The position numbers and the translations under genes were made by a program. From Oscillospiraceae bacterium (lineage in GTDB: Bacteria; Bacillota; Clostridia; UBA1212; UBA1255), in the NCBI GenBank assembly GCA_015069185.1, contig SVJB01000002.1:797-64796 (forward strand): DNA of 64,000 nt. The letters are read 5' to 3'. Below are positions 15,602 to 25,832 of this stretch, one piece after another. Positions within the stretch are counted from its first letter, which is position 1. Every line of letters starts with the position of its first letter. The notes beneath the pieces were generated by a model. It made no database searches and had not been told where the DNA came from. It was given only the letters and a program-made list of their open reading frames with translations.

Positions 15602-16273
15602 ATGGGACAAAAAGTTAATCCTCACGGACTCAGAGTTGGTATTATCAAAGATTGGGATTCAAAATGGTATGCAAATAAGAAAAATTTTGCTGCTTTCCTG
15701 GTTGAAGACAACAAAGTAAGAGAATACGTTAAGAAAAAGCTTTATGCTGCAGGTATCTCTAAGATCAGAATTGAGAGAACAGCAAATAAACTGCTTCTGA
15801 ACATTGAGACAGCTAAACCCGGTCTCGTTATCGGTAAGAATGGTGCAATCAAAGATGAACTTAAAGCAGAACTCGAGAAGATGACAGGTAAAGTTGTTAC
15901 TATCAACATTCTTGAGATTAAGGTTGTAGACTTAGACGCACAGCTTTGTGCAGAGAATATCGCAAGCCAGCTGGAAAAGAGAGTTGCCTTCAGAAGAGCA
16001 ATGAAGCAGGTTATGACAAGAACAATGCGCGCAGGAGCTCTTGGTATCAAGACTTGTTGCAGTGGACGTCTCGGCGGTGCTGAAATCGCACGTAGCGAGC
16101 ACTACCATGAAGGTACTATTCCGCTCCAGACTTTAAGAGCTGACATTGACTATGGTTTTGCTGAAGCAAACACAACATACGGAAAGATCGGTGTTAAGGT
16201 TTGGATTTATAAGGGAGAAGTACTTCCTACTGCTAAAAGCAATGTTGCTGCAGGAACAGAAGGAGGAGAATAA
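15602..16273 (+). CDS. rpsC: 30S ribosomal protein S3
   Basis: [24 protein letters not shown] is typical S3. Confidence 0.98.
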   Translation: MGQKVNPHGLRVGIIKDWDSKWYANKKNFAAFLVEDNKVREYVKKKLYAAGISKIRIERTANKLLLNIETAKPGLVIGKNGAIKDELKAELEKMTGKVVTINILEIKVVDLDAQLCAENIASQLEKRVAFRRAMKQVMTRTMRAGALGIKTCCSGRLGGAEIARSEHYHEGTIPLQTLRADIDYGFAEANTTYGKIGVKVWIYKGEVLPTAKSNVAAGTEGGE

Positions 16274-16276
16274 TTT

Positions 16277-16717
16277 ATGTTAATGCCTAAAAGAGTTAAA
16301 CATAGAAAAGTACAAAGAGGCAGAATGAAGGGTAAAGCAATGAGAGGCAACGTAGTTTCTCAGGGCGAGTTTGGACTCCAGGCTACAACTTGTGGCTGGA
16401 TCACAAGCAACCAGCTTGAAGCTGCCCGTATCGCACTCACACGTTCAATCAAAAGAGGCGGACAGGTTTGGGTAAAGATTTTCCCTGATAAACCTATCAC
16501 AAAGAAGCCTGCTGAGACTCGAATGGGTTCCGGTAAAGGATCTCCTGAGTATTGGGTAGCAGTTGTTAAGCCCGGCAGAGTTTTATTTGAAGTTGCAGGC
16601 GTAGATGAGAGCTTGAGCAGAGAAGCATTAAGACTTGCAATGCATAAGTTACCTGTTTCATGTAAAATCATCGCTCGCGAGAATGAAGTAATGGAGGATG
16701 ACACAGATGAAGGCTAA
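16277..16717 (+). CDS. rplP: 50S ribosomal protein L16
   Basis: [21 protein letters not shown] is typical L16. Confidence 0.98.
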   Translation: MLMPKRVKHRKVQRGRMKGKAMRGNVVSQGEFGLQATTCGWITSNQLEAARIALTRSIKRGGQVWVKIFPDKPITKKPAETRMGSGKGSPEYWVAVVKPGRVLFEVAGVDESLSREALRLAMHKLPVSCKIIARENEVMEDDTDEG

Positions 16718-16919
16718 TGATTTCATAAAAGAAAAGAATGGCATGTCTCTCGAAGAATTGAAGAACGAAGAGCTTGAATTAAAAAAGGAACTGTTTAAGT
16801 TACGTTATCAGAGCGCTACAAGCCCGATTGACAACCCGATGAAAATTAAGTTTATCAAGCGTGATATCGCTAGAATCAAAACTATCATCAGGGAAAAAGA
16901 ATTGGCAGCTAAGCAATAA
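16707..16919 (+). CDS. rpmC: 50S ribosomal protein L29
   Basis: [10 protein letters not shown]...[14 protein letters not shown] is L29-like. Start set at ATG 16707, 9 nt after GGAGG. ATG 16698 abuts the SD. Confidence 0.93.
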   Translation: MKANDFIKEKNGMSLEELKNEELELKKELFKLRYQSATSPIDNPMKIKFIKRDIARIKTIIREKELAAKQ

Positions 16920-16948
16920 GTCTGATGTCACAAGGAGGCAATTGAATT

Positions 16949-17206
16949 ATGGAAGAAAGAAATTTAAGAAAAACCAGAGTTGGTAAAGTTGTTAGTGACA
17001 AGATGGACAAAACAATTGTTGTTGCTGTTGTAGACAGCGTAAAGCATCCGCTTTATAAGAAAGTCGTAAAAACAACTTACAAGCTTAAAGCTCATGATGA
17101 AGCAAATGAAGCTAAAATCGGCGACACAGTTGAAGTAATGGAAACAAGACCTTTGAGCAAAGACAAGAGATGGAGACTCGTTTCTATCGTTGAGAAGGCT
17201 CGCTGA
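16949..17206 (+). CDS. rpsQ: 30S ribosomal protein S17
   Basis: [21 protein letters not shown]...HPLYKK...KAHDE is typical S17. Confidence 0.97.
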   Translation: MEERNLRKTRVGKVVSDKMDKTIVVAVVDSVKHPLYKKVVKTTYKLKAHDEANEAKIGDTVEVMETRPLSKDKRWRLVSIVEKAR

Positions 17207-17226
17207 TTTGAAGGAGAGGTAAAGTT

Positions 17227-17595
17227 ATGATACAAGTGCAAACAAGATTAAAAGTTGCAGACAATACAGGAGCAAAAGAGCTTATGTGTATCAAAGTACT
17301 CGGCGGCTCAAAGAGACGTTATGCTAACATCGGTGATATTATCGTATGTAGCGTAAAGGCAGCAGCTCCAGGCGGCATGGTAAAAAAAGGCGATGTAGTA
17401 AAGTGCGTTATCGTGCGTACACGCAAGGGCGTTAAAAGAAACGACGGAACCTATATTAGATTCGATGAAAATGCAGCTGTTATCATTAAAGATGATCTCA
17501 ATCCAAGAGGAACACGTATATTTGGACCTGTTGCAAGAGAAATCAGAGATGCAGATTTCATGAAGATTGTTTCTCTCGCTCCTGAAGTACTGTAA
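17227..17595 (+). CDS. rplN: 50S ribosomal protein L14
   Basis: [33 protein letters not shown] is typical L14. Confidence 0.98.
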   Translation: MIQVQTRLKVADNTGAKELMCIKVLGGSKRRYANIGDIIVCSVKAAAPGGMVKKGDVVKCVIVRTRKGVKRNDGTYIRFDENAAVIIKDDLNPRGTRIFGPVAREIRDADFMKIVSLAPEVL

Positions 17596-17611
17596 TTTGG
17601 AGGAATAAGAT

Positions 17612-17986
17612 ATGAGTATGAATATTAAAAAAGGTGACAAAGTAGTTGTTCTTAACACACGTCGTCAGAAAGACAAGAACGGCAAGCCCAAGACAGTTAC
17701 AGGCAAGGTTCTCGTTGCCATTCCTGAAAAAGAACAGGTTATTGTTGAAGGATACAACATGGTATCAAAGAGCCAGAGAGCTAAGAGCCGTAATCAGCAG
17801 TCAGGTATTATCAAGAAGGAAGCTCCTATCCATGTTTCCAATGTAATGTTGGTATGTCCTAAGTGTGGGCAGCCTACAAGAACAGGTAACGCAGTAGTAG
17901 AAGAAAACGGTAAGAAGATAAAAGTTCGCGTATGTAAGAATAAAGATTGCGGCGCAATTATCAACACCGTTGATTCCACAAAGTGA
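17612..17986 (+). CDS. rplX: 50S ribosomal protein L24 (Cys4 zinc-ribbon-containing form)
   Basis: KOW motif IKKGDKVVVL. EAPIHVSNVMLV is L24-like. C-terminal part has CPKCG...CKNKDC. Confidence 0.95.
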   Translation: MSMNIKKGDKVVVLNTRRQKDKNGKPKTVTGKVLVAIPEKEQVIVEGYNMVSKSQRAKSRNQQSGIIKKEAPIHVSNVMLVCPKCGQPTRTGNAVVEENGKKIKVRVCKNKDCGAIINTVDSTK

Positions 17987-18005
17987 TTGAAAGGGAGGCT
18001 ATAAA

Positions 18006-18545
18006 ATGTTAAGACTTAAAGAAAAGTATATTAATGAAGTTGCTCCTGCACTTATGGAAAAATTCAATTACAAGAGCACAATGGAAATTCCAAAACTGGA
18101 GAAAATTGTTATCAACATGGGTTTGGGTGAAGTTAAGGAGAATCCTAAGGCAATTGAGTCTGCAATGTCTGACTTAGAGAAGATTACAGGACAAAAGCCT
18201 GTTGTTACTAAAGCTAAGAAATCAGTTGCTAACTTTAAGATTCGTGAAGGTATGAACATAGGCTGCAAAGTAACTCTCAGAGAGACACGTATGTACGCTT
18301 TTGCTGATAAGTTGTTCAATATTTCTCTCCCACGTATTCGTGACTTCCACGGTGTTCCGGCTAATTCATTTGACGGAAGAGGTAATTACGCTCTTGGTCT
18401 TAAAGAGCAGATTATCTTCCCTGAAATCGAATATGATAAGATCGACAAAGTTCGCGGTATGGACATTATCTTTGTAACAACTGCAAAGACAGATGAAGAA
18501 GCAAAAGAATTACTCAGATTAATGGGTATTCCTTTCGTTCGCTAA
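18006..18545 (+). CDS. rplE: 50S ribosomal protein L5
   Basis: [40 protein letters not shown] is typical L5. Confidence 0.98.
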   Translation: MLRLKEKYINEVAPALMEKFNYKSTMEIPKLEKIVINMGLGEVKENPKAIESAMSDLEKITGQKPVVTKAKKSVANFKIREGMNIGCKVTLRETRMYAFADKLFNISLPRIRDFHGVPANSFDGRGNYALGLKEQIIFPEIEYDKIDKVRGMDIIFVTTAKTDEEAKELLRLMGIPFVR

Positions 18546-18558
18546 TAAGGAGGATATT

Positions 18559-18744
18559 ATGGCAAAAGTTTCAATGAAAGTTAAACAACAGAGAACTCCT
18601 AAGTTTTCGACAAGAGCATACAGCAGATGTCAGATTTGCGGACGTCCTCATTCATATTTGAGAAAATACGGTATCTGCCGTATCTGCTTCAGAGAATTGG
18701 CTTATAAGGGACAAATTCCCGGTGTAAAAAAAGCCAGCTGGTAA
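18559..18744 (+). CDS. rpsN: 30S ribosomal protein S14, type Z (zinc-binding, 61 aa)
   Basis: 61 aa with [20 protein letters not shown] (CxxC...CxxC), located between rplE and rpsH. Confidence 0.97.
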   Translation: MAKVSMKVKQQRTPKFSTRAYSRCQICGRPHSYLRKYGICRICFRELAYKGQIPGVKKASW

Positions 18745-18762
18745 TAAAAGGAGGTTAACACT

Positions 18763-19161
18763 ATGCAAATAAGTGATGTTATAGCGGATATGTTGACACG
18801 TATCAGAAACGCAGGTACAGCAAAACACGAATCAGTAGATATTCCGGCTTCAAATCTTAAGCTTTCTATTGCTAAGATCTTACTTGAAGAAGGATACATC
18901 AAAGATATTCAGACAATTGAAGATGGCAAGCAGGGTGTTATTAGAGTATATCTTAAATATACAGCTAATAAGAAGACAGTTATTTCAGGCATCAATAGAA
19001 TTTCTAAGCCAGGTCTTAGAATCTATGCTGGTGTTGAAGAACTCCCTAAGGTTCTTAATGGAATGGGTATCGCAATTATATCTACATCAAAAGGTATTAT
19101 GACAGATAAGAACGCACGTAAGCTCGGCATTGGCGGAGAAGTTCTTGCGTACGTATGGTAA
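18763..19161 (+). CDS. rpsH: 30S ribosomal protein S8
   Basis: [21 protein letters not shown] is typical S8. Confidence 0.98.
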   Translation: MQISDVIADMLTRIRNAGTAKHESVDIPASNLKLSIAKILLEEGYIKDIQTIEDGKQGVIRVYLKYTANKKTVISGINRISKPGLRIYAGVEELPKVLNGMGIAIISTSKGIMTDKNARKLGIGGEVLAYVW

Positions 19162-19174
19162 TTAAATCTGAAAA

Positions 19175-19197
19175 GAGTTGCCTATAATAGGCAACTC
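19175..19197 (+). other. Strong hairpin in the rpsH-rplF spacer
   Basis: GAGTTGCCTAT (19175-19185) / ATAGGCAACTC (19187-19197), a near-perfect palindrome with about 9 usable bp. Only a weak T-tract follows. Confidence 0.5.
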
Positions 19198-19223
19198 AGA
19201 ATTTTAAGGTTGGAGGTAAAAAA

Positions 19224-19775
19224 ATGTCAAGAATTGGTAGAAAACCTATTGATATACCAGCTGGCGTAAAGTTTTCAGTAACTGAAAATAACGTGGTAAC
19301 TGTTGAAGGTCCTAAAGGTACTCTCACACAGGCTTTCCAACAGTGTATATCAATAAAAGTTGAAGGAAATCAAGTTTTAGTAACAAGAAGCTCAGATGAT
19401 AAGTTTGAACGTGCTATTCACGGTCTGACAAGAGCTTTGATCAACAATATGGTTGATGGTGTTTTAAAGGGATTTGAAAAAACTCTTGAGATTAACGGTA
19501 TTGGTTACAGAGCAGTTAAGCAAGGTAATACTCTCGTTCTCTCTCTTGGTTATTCTCATAACATTGAAATGGTACCACCTGCAGGTGTAACAGTTGATGT
19601 TCCTTCACAGACACAGATAATAGTTAAGGGCGCAGACAAACAGGCTGTTGGTGAGTTTGCTGCAAAGATCAGAAGCAAGAGACCCCCTGAGCCTTACAAG
19701 GGTAAAGGTATTAGATATAATACTGAATTTGTAAGACGTAAAGAGGGTAAGACCGGCGGTAAAGGTAAAAAATAA
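19224..19775 (+). CDS. rplF: 50S ribosomal protein L6
   Basis: [17 protein letters not shown]...VEGPKGTL is typical L6. Confidence 0.98.
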   Translation: MSRIGRKPIDIPAGVKFSVTENNVVTVEGPKGTLTQAFQQCISIKVEGNQVLVTRSSDDKFERAIHGLTRALINNMVDGVLKGFEKTLEINGIGYRAVKQGNTLVLSLGYSHNIEMVPPAGVTVDVPSQTQIIVKGADKQAVGEFAAKIRSKRPPEPYKGKGIRYNTEFVRRKEGKTGGKGKK

Positions 19776-19794
19776 TTAAAGGGGGTATACAAAC

Positions 19795-20157
19795 ATGGCT
19801 AAGAAATTAAGTAAAAACATGATACGTCAAAGAAAACATGCTCGTGTCAGAAGAAAAATCAGCGGTACAGCTGAATGTCCAAGACTGAATGTATTCAGAA
19901 GTTTGTCCCATATGTATGCTCAGATTATTGATGATACTACCGGAACAACTCTTGTTGCTGCATCAACTCTTGAACTCAAAGATAAGTTAGAATCTTGTGG
20001 CAACATCGAAGCTGCTAAAGAAGTTGGTAAATTGATTGCTGAAAAGGCTCTCGAAAAAGGCATCAAAGATGTAGTATTTGATCGTGGTGGCTATATTTAT
20101 CACGGAAGAGTTATGGAACTCGCAAATAGTGCACGTGAAGCTGGATTAAACTTTTAA
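19795..20157 (+). CDS. rplR: 50S ribosomal protein L18
   Basis: [33 protein letters not shown]...[12 protein letters not shown] is typical L18. Confidence 0.98.
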   Translation: MAKKLSKNMIRQRKHARVRRKISGTAECPRLNVFRSLSHMYAQIIDDTTGTTLVAASTLELKDKLESCGNIEAAKEVGKLIAEKALEKGIKDVVFDRGGYIYHGRVMELANSAREAGLNF

Positions 20158-20175
20158 GCAGAAGGAGGACATGAG

Positions 20176-20676
20176 ATGGAACAGAATAATTCAAAAACAA
20201 CTGAATTTAAAGAAAAACTGGTTAATCTTGCTAAAGTAACCAAAGTTGTTAAGGGTGGTCGTAATTACAGTTGGAGTGCACTGGTTGTAGTAGGCGACGA
20301 AAACGGTAAGGTTGGTTGCGGTTTGGGCAAAGCTTCCGAAGTATCAGAAGCAATCCGTAAGGGTGTAGAAGATGCAAAGAAAAACCTCATCAATGTTTCT
20401 ATTGTTGGCACAACAATTCCTCACGAAATAACAGGTGAATATGGCGCAGCAAGAGTTCTTCTTAAGCCCGCTGGCGAAGGTACCGGTGTTATTGCAGGTG
20501 GTCCTGTAAGAGCCGTTATCGAACTTTCTGGTATCCGTGATATCAGAACAAAGTCACTTCGCTCTAACAATCCTATTAATATGGTACGTGCTACAATAAG
20601 CGCTCTTTCTTCACTTAAAACAGTTGAAGAAGTTGCAGCTCTTCGTGGCAAGACTGTAGCAGAAATCACAGAGTAA
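20176..20676 (+). CDS. rpsE: 30S ribosomal protein S5
   Basis: [33 protein letters not shown] is typical S5. Confidence 0.98.
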   Translation: MEQNNSKTTEFKEKLVNLAKVTKVVKGGRNYSWSALVVVGDENGKVGCGLGKASEVSEAIRKGVEDAKKNLINVSIVGTTIPHEITGEYGAARVLLKPAGEGTGVIAGGPVRAVIELSGIRDIRTKSLRSNNPINMVRATISALSSLKTVEEVAALRGKTVAEITE

Positions 20677-20690
20677 GGAGGATTCTAACC

Positions 20691-21134
20691 ATGAAACTTG
20701 AAGATTTACGTCCGGAAGCAGGTTCCAGACAAGATAGATACAGAAAAGGTAGAGGCCATGGTTCAGGCAATGGTAAGACAGCCGGTAAAGGTCATAAAGG
20801 ACAGAACGCTCGTTCAGGCGGCGGTGTTAGACCTGGATTTGAAGGCGGCCAAACACCTTTGTACAGAAGAATGCCTAAGAGAGGCTTTAATAACAAGAAC
20901 TTTACTACTACTTATGCAGTAGTAAATGTAGACGCTCTTAATGTCTTTGAAGACGGTGCTACAGTTAATGCTCTGGCTCTCCAAGAAGCTGGTCTCATTA
21001 ACGATTTGTATGATGGCGTTAAAATCCTTGGTAACGGTGAGCTGACAAAAAAGCTTAACGTTGAGGCTGCTGCATACACAAAGAGTGCTTCTGAAAAGAT
21101 TGAAAAATTAGGAGGAAAGGCTCAGGTGATCTGA
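20691..21134 (+). CDS. rplO: 50S ribosomal protein L15
   Basis: [12 protein letters not shown]...[27 protein letters not shown] is typical L15. It starts 14 nt after rpsE, with no rpmD between them. Confidence 0.98.
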   Translation: MKLEDLRPEAGSRQDRYRKGRGHGSGNGKTAGKGHKGQNARSGGGVRPGFEGGQTPLYRRMPKRGFNNKNFTTTYAVVNVDALNVFEDGATVNALALQEAGLINDLYDGVKILGNGELTKKLNVEAAAYTKSASEKIEKLGGKAQVI

Positions 21135-22471
21135 TGAGATTTATTGAAGTATTACAAAATGCTTTTAAAGTAAAAGATCTGAGAAAGAAAATAGGAATGA
21201 CATTGCTCCTTATTATCATTTTCAGAATCGGTTGCTTTATAACAGTTCCCGGACTTCAGGACGCTGCTCTTGATTCTCTTGCCGGTAATGGTTTGTTCAG
21301 ATTTATGGACATGTTATCAGGTGGAGCATTCCAGCAGGTGTCTATTTTCTCATTAGGTATCAGCCCTTATATTAATGCATCAATTATTATGCAGCTCCTT
21401 ACTGTTGCTATTCCTTATTTGGAAAAGAAACAGAAGGATCCGGATGGAAGAAAGCAGATTTCTCAGTGGACACGTTATGCAGCAATTGCGCTCGGTTTAC
21501 TGCAGTCTGTAATGCTTTACTTCAACATCAACGGAGAAGCAACAACTATTAATCTTTTTGCTACCGCAGGTAAGTTTGATATCTTTACATTCTTACTCAT
21601 GGTTATTACATTCACAACAGGTACTGCAGTACTTATGTGGTTAGGTGAGAAGATTACTGAAGTTGGTATTGGTAACGGTATTTCAATGATTATCTTTGCA
21701 GGTATCATTTCTGCCGGCCCCAGAGCAGCAATCAGCCTATATGATCTCGTAGTCGGCGGAGGAATATTTGGAAAATGGTATTTCAACATTTTTGTTGCAT
21801 TAGCTATTGTTATTGTATTCCTTGCAGTTATCGTTGCTGTTGTTTGGATGGAAGGCGGAGAGAGAAGAATTCCCGTTCAGTATGCTAAGAAAGTTGTTGG
21901 AAATAAAGTATACGGAGGACAAAGTACACATATTCCTCTCAAAGTAAACTCATCAGGCGTTTTGCCAATCATCTTTGCTATGTCATTGCTACAGTTCCCT
22001 GCAACGATTGTAGCATTTATCGGTAAATCAAACGCTACAAAAGGCTTTGCAGGATTTATTAATTCTTTCTCTGCAGGCAATAGTTGGGGATATGTACTTG
22101 TATATGCTTTGTTAATATTAGGATTCACATTCTTCTATAACATTGTATACTTTGATCCGGTAGATATTGCTAATAATCTTAAGAAAAATGGTGGCTTTAT
22201 TCCAGGCCTCAGACCAGGCGCTCCTACAGCAGACTTCATTAAGAAATCTTCACATAGAATTACTTGGTTTGGTGCTATATTCCTGGCTGTTCTCGCTGTG
22301 TTCCCTACAGTTATTCAATTGATTTGTTCAATCTTCAACAAAGATCTCGGATCAATTAATCTGTGGTTCGGCGGTACGACAGTATTGATTCTTGTAGGTG
22401 TTGCACTTGAGACTGTACGTCAGATCGAAGCTCAGCTCCTTATGAGAAACTACAGAGGCTTCTTAGATTGA
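21134..22471 (+). CDS. secY: Preprotein translocase subunit SecY
   Basis: 445 aa, about 10 TM segments. GISPYINASIIMQLL and LNKxGGFIPGLRPG motifs; cluster position. Confidence 0.98.
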   Translation: MRFIEVLQNAFKVKDLRKKIGMTLLLIIIFRIGCFITVPGLQDAALDSLAGNGLFRFMDMLSGGAFQQVSIFSLGISPYINASIIMQLLTVAIPYLEKKQKDPDGRKQISQWTRYAAIALGLLQSVMLYFNINGEATTINLFATAGKFDIFTFLLMVITFTTGTAVLMWLGEKITEVGIGNGISMIIFAGIISAGPRAAISLYDLVVGGGIFGKWYFNIFVALAIVIVFLAVIVAVVWMEGGERRIPVQYAKKVVGNKVYGGQSTHIPLKVNSSGVLPIIFAMSLLQFPATIVAFIGKSNATKGFAGFINSFSAGNSWGYVLVYALLILGFTFFYNIVYFDPVDIANNLKKNGGFIPGLRPGAPTADFIKKSSHRITWFGAIFLAVLAVFPTVIQLICSIFNKDLGSINLWFGGTTVLILVGVALETVRQIEAQLLMRNYRGFLD

Positions 22472-22487
22472 TTCCGGAGGGATTACC

Positions 22488-23138
22488 ATGTATTTGATTT
22501 TATTGGGTGCACCTGGCGCCGGTAAAGGAACACAAGCTGTTGAGCTTTCAAAAATTCTGAAAGTACCTCATATATCTACTGGTGATATTTTCAGAGATAA
22601 CATAAAAGCTAAAACAGAACTTGGTGTTATTGCAGATAGTTATATTTCAAAAGGAAAGTTGGTTCCTGATGATGTAACTACAAACATGGTAGACGATAGA
22701 ATTTCTCAGGAAGATTGTAAAAATGGATTTATTCTCGATGGCTTCCCTAGAACAATAGCTCAAGCGGAAGCCCTTGAGAAGATTTTAGGAAAGACAAAAA
22801 GTAAATTACTTAAAGTCTTAAATATAGTTATATCAGAAGACGTTGTTTTAAGACGTTTATCGCAAAGACGTATTTGTCCTAACTGTAAACGTAGTTATCA
22901 TTTAGAATTTGATCCTCCTCACGGAGACATATGTTATTCTTGTGGAGCAAAGGTAGTTCAAAGACCGGACGATGTTCCGGATGTTATCAAGCAACGCTTA
23001 ATAACATACAATGAAAGCACTAAGCCTCTGATTGATTTTTATAGATCAAAGGGAAGCCTTGTAAATGTTCAGAGTGAAAATGATATTGATGAATCTCTTC
23101 AAAATTCACTTTATGCATTAGGCCTCAAAGGTATTTAA
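22488..23138 (+). CDS. adk: Adenylate kinase (zinc-lid type)
   Basis: P-loop GAPGAGKGTQA. Lid region CPNCKRSYH...CYSCG. Confidence 0.98.
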   Translation: MYLILLGAPGAGKGTQAVELSKILKVPHISTGDIFRDNIKAKTELGVIADSYISKGKLVPDDVTTNMVDDRISQEDCKNGFILDGFPRTIAQAEALEKILGKTKSKLLKVLNIVISEDVVLRRLSQRRICPNCKRSYHLEFDPPHGDICYSCGAKVVQRPDDVPDVIKQRLITYNESTKPLIDFYRSKGSLVNVQSENDIDESLQNSLYALGLKGI

Positions 23139-23139
23139 A

Positions 23140-23901
23140 ATGATAAATATTAAGTCACATTCTGATATACAGAAAATGATTGAAGCGGGAAAAATTGCAG
23201 CAGATCTCTGGATAGAGCTTGAGAAAAAAATTTTTCCCGGAATTACCACAAAAGAACTTGACAAATTCGCCACAAATTATATAATGGAACGTGGCGCGTC
23301 TCCGTCATTCTTGGGTGTGCCGAACTATTATGGTGGGATTGATTTCCCCGGCGCGATATGTGCGTCTGTAAATAACGAGGTTATTCATGGTATTCCTGAT
23401 AACCGTAAGTTACATGAAGGCGATATAATAAGTATTGATCTAGGTGTTTATTATCACGGTTTTCATGCAGACTGCGCCAGGACGTTTCCCGTGGGAGCTT
23501 GTACTCCTGAAGCTATGCAACTTATAGAAGTTACACGTGATTCTTTTTTTGAAGGGATTAAGTTTGCAATGCCGGACAGGCGTGTATCGGATATATCAGG
23601 TGCTATTCAGGATTATGTCGAGTCTCACGGCTATAGCCTTGTAAAGGAATATACAGGGCATGGAATAGGACGTAATTTGCACGAAGATCCGGAAGTACCC
23701 AACTATAGAACTGGACGGAGTGGAGTCAGACTCAGACCTGGCATGGCATTAGCTATAGAGCCAATGGTGAATCAGGGAAGAGCCGACATCGGAGTTCATA
23801 GTAATAAGTGGACAGTATATACCAAAGACGGAAAGTTGTCTGCTCATTATGAAAACACGGTAATTATATCAGACAGAGATCCTATTATTACAACGATTTG
23901 A
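23140..23901 (+). CDS. map: Type I methionine aminopeptidase
   Basis: VIHGIPD...DIISIDLG...[10 protein letters not shown]...GHGIG...EP pattern; cluster position. Confidence 0.97.
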   Translation: MINIKSHSDIQKMIEAGKIAADLWIELEKKIFPGITTKELDKFATNYIMERGASPSFLGVPNYYGGIDFPGAICASVNNEVIHGIPDNRKLHEGDIISIDLGVYYHGFHADCARTFPVGACTPEAMQLIEVTRDSFFEGIKFAMPDRRVSDISGAIQDYVESHGYSLVKEYTGHGIGRNLHEDPEVPNYRTGRSGVRLRPGMALAIEPMVNQGRADIGVHSNKWTVYTKDGKLSAHYENTVIISDRDPIITTI

Positions 23902-23914
23902 GGAGGAAGCAGTA

Positions 23915-24130
23915 TTGTCTAAGGAAGATGTAATTGAAGTTGAAGGTGTAGTCACCGAAGTATTACCGAATTGTATGTTCAAGGTTGCTCTTGCAAACGG
24001 ACATGTTGTTGTCGCTCACGTTTCAGGAAAGATCAGAACTAATTATATTAAAATAGTTAAAGGCGATCGTGTGACAATGGAGCTTTCGCCATACGATTTA
24101 GAGCGTGGACGAATTGTCTACAGAAAATAA
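23915..24130 (+). CDS. infA: Translation initiation factor IF-1
   Basis: [51 protein letters not shown] start follows GAGGAGG. Confidence 0.97.
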   Translation: MSKEDVIEVEGVVTEVLPNCMFKVALANGHVVVAHVSGKIRTNYIKIVKGDRVTMELSPYDLERGRIVYRK

Positions 24131-24143
24131 GGAGGATTTTAAG

Positions 24144-24260
24144 ATGAAAGTTAGACCGTCAGTAAAACCTATTTGCGATAAATGCAAAGTTATTAAGAGA
24201 AAAGGCAAAGTAATGGTTATTTGTGATGCTTATCCGAAACATAAGCAGAAGCAGGGCTGA
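24144..24260 (+). CDS. rpmJ: 50S ribosomal protein L36
   Basis: Not on the ORF track (38 aa). My translation is [48 protein letters not shown] lies 7 nt upstream. Confidence 0.95.
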   Translation: MKVRPSVKPICDKCKVIKRKGKVMVICDAYPKHKQKQG

Positions 24261-24393
24261 TTACAGATCAATAATTTAGTTTTATATTTGACTTTTACAT
24301 TTTAAAGTGCGGCTGCATGTTTAACATGAGCTTTAAAGTGTTGAGATAGAATATATATTATATTTTTAAATTAAAGCGGAGGTGTTGTAACAG

Positions 24394-24762
24394 ATGGCTC
24401 GTATTGCAGGTGTTGACTTGCCGAGAGAAAAACGCGTTGAGATCGGACTGACATACATTTATGGTATTGGCAGATCTACTTCCAACGAGATTCTGAAAAA
24501 AACAGGTATTAATCCCGATACAAGAGTTAGGGATTTAACAGATGATGAGGTAAACAGCCTTAGAGATATCATCGATAAAGAGTACACAGTTGAGGGTGAC
24601 GTTCGTAGAGAGATTTCACTCAATATTAAGCGACTTATGGAAATCGGTTGCTACAGAGGAAGACGTCATAAGATGGGTCTGCCCGTAAGAGGACAGAGAA
24701 CAAAGACGAATGCAAGAACTAGAAAAGGTCCTTGCAAGACAGTAGCAGGAAAGAAGAAATAA
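24394..24762 (+). CDS. rpsM: 30S ribosomal protein S13
   Basis: [26 protein letters not shown] is typical S13. Confidence 0.98.
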   Translation: MARIAGVDLPREKRVEIGLTYIYGIGRSTSNEILKKTGINPDTRVRDLTDDEVNSLRDIIDKEYTVEGDVRREISLNIKRLMEIGCYRGRRHKMGLPVRGQRTKTNARTRKGPCKTVAGKKK

Positions 24763-24774
24763 GGAGGTTAGTTT

Positions 24775-25170
24775 ATGGCTGTTAAAGCAAAGAGAACTAG
24801 GGGTAAGAGAAAAGAACGTAAGTTTGTTGAATACGGTCAGGCTCATATCCGTTCGACTTTCAATAATACAATTATTACAATGACTGATAAAGCAGGCAAT
24901 ACTCTTTCTTGGGCAAGTGCCGGCGGACTCGGATTCAGAGGTTCAAAGAAGAATACTCCATTTGCTGCTCAATCGGCTGCGGAGGCTGCTGCAAAGGCTG
25001 CTATGGAACATGGTCTTAAATCAGTTGAGGTTTACGTAAGAGGACCTGGTGCAGGTCGTGAATCTGCAATCAGAGCTCTTCAGGTAGCTGGTCTTGATGT
25101 TACCTTAATTAAAGACGAAACTCCAATTCCTCACAATGGCTGCAGACCGCCTAAGAGAAGAAGAGTCTGA
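24775..25170 (+). CDS. rpsK: 30S ribosomal protein S11
   Basis: [39 protein letters not shown] is typical S11. Confidence 0.98.
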   Translation: MAVKAKRTRGKRKERKFVEYGQAHIRSTFNNTIITMTDKAGNTLSWASAGGLGFRGSKKNTPFAAQSAAEAAAKAAMEHGLKSVEVYVRGPGAGRESAIRALQVAGLDVTLIKDETPIPHNGCRPPKRRRV

Positions 25171-25188
25171 TGATGGAGGTGTTTTAAG

Positions 25189-25800
25189 ATGGCTAGAAAT
25201 ATTCAACCTATAGTAAAACGTTGCAGAGCACTTGGCATTTCACCTGCTGAGATGGGTTATACTGCTAAATCAAAAAATGAATCAACAAAGAGAAATCCCG
25301 GTGGACAGAGAAGAAGTAAGAAGAGCGAATATGCTGCACAGCTTGCTGAAAAGCAGAAGGTTAAGTTCGTTTATGGAATCCTTGAGAAGCAGTTCAGAAA
25401 ATATTATGAGAAAGCTGCTAGAGCAAAAGGTATTACCGGTGAAGTACTTCTCACAACAATCGAGCGTCGTCTGGATAACGTTGTTTTCCGTATGGGACTT
25501 GCTACTACACGTAAAGAAGCTCGTCAGATGGTAACACATGCACATTTTACAGTAAATGGTAAGAAAGTAAATATTCCTTCATACCTTGTATCTGTTAATG
25601 ATGTAATTGCCCTGTGTGAGAAGAGCAAAGAAAGCAAGAGATTTAACGAAATTCAAGATGTAACAAGTTCAAGAATCGTTCCTCAATGGCTTTCAGTTGA
25701 CAGTGAGAAAATGCAGGCAACTGTTACTGCATATCCTGTACGTTCTGACATTGATATGCCTATCCAAGAGCATCTCATTGTTGAGTTGTATAGTAAATAA
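25189..25800 (+). CDS. rpsD: 30S ribosomal protein S4
   Basis: [27 protein letters not shown]...[22 protein letters not shown] is typical S4. Confidence 0.98.
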   Translation: MARNIQPIVKRCRALGISPAEMGYTAKSKNESTKRNPGGQRRSKKSEYAAQLAEKQKVKFVYGILEKQFRKYYEKAARAKGITGEVLLTTIERRLDNVVFRMGLATTRKEARQMVTHAHFTVNGKKVNIPSYLVSVNDVIALCEKSKESKRFNEIQDVTSSRIVPQWLSVDSEKMQATVTAYPVRSDIDMPIQEHLIVELYSK

Positions 25801-25832
25801 TAGGCAATTGGAAGTTATTTAAGGAGGTTGCT

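Noticed and set aside
15207-17658. Alternative-frame and antisense ORFs inside the ribosomal-protein genes (15207-15572, 15380-15625, 15742-16050, 16360-16704, 17308-17658 and similar elsewhere)
   Set aside because: All overlap unambiguous r-protein genes. They have no SD sequences and show low-complexity translations.
20677-20690. Possibility that a tiny rpmD (L30) gene was missed between rpsE and rplO
   Set aside because: The gap is only 14 nt and contains just the rplO SD, so no ORF is possible.
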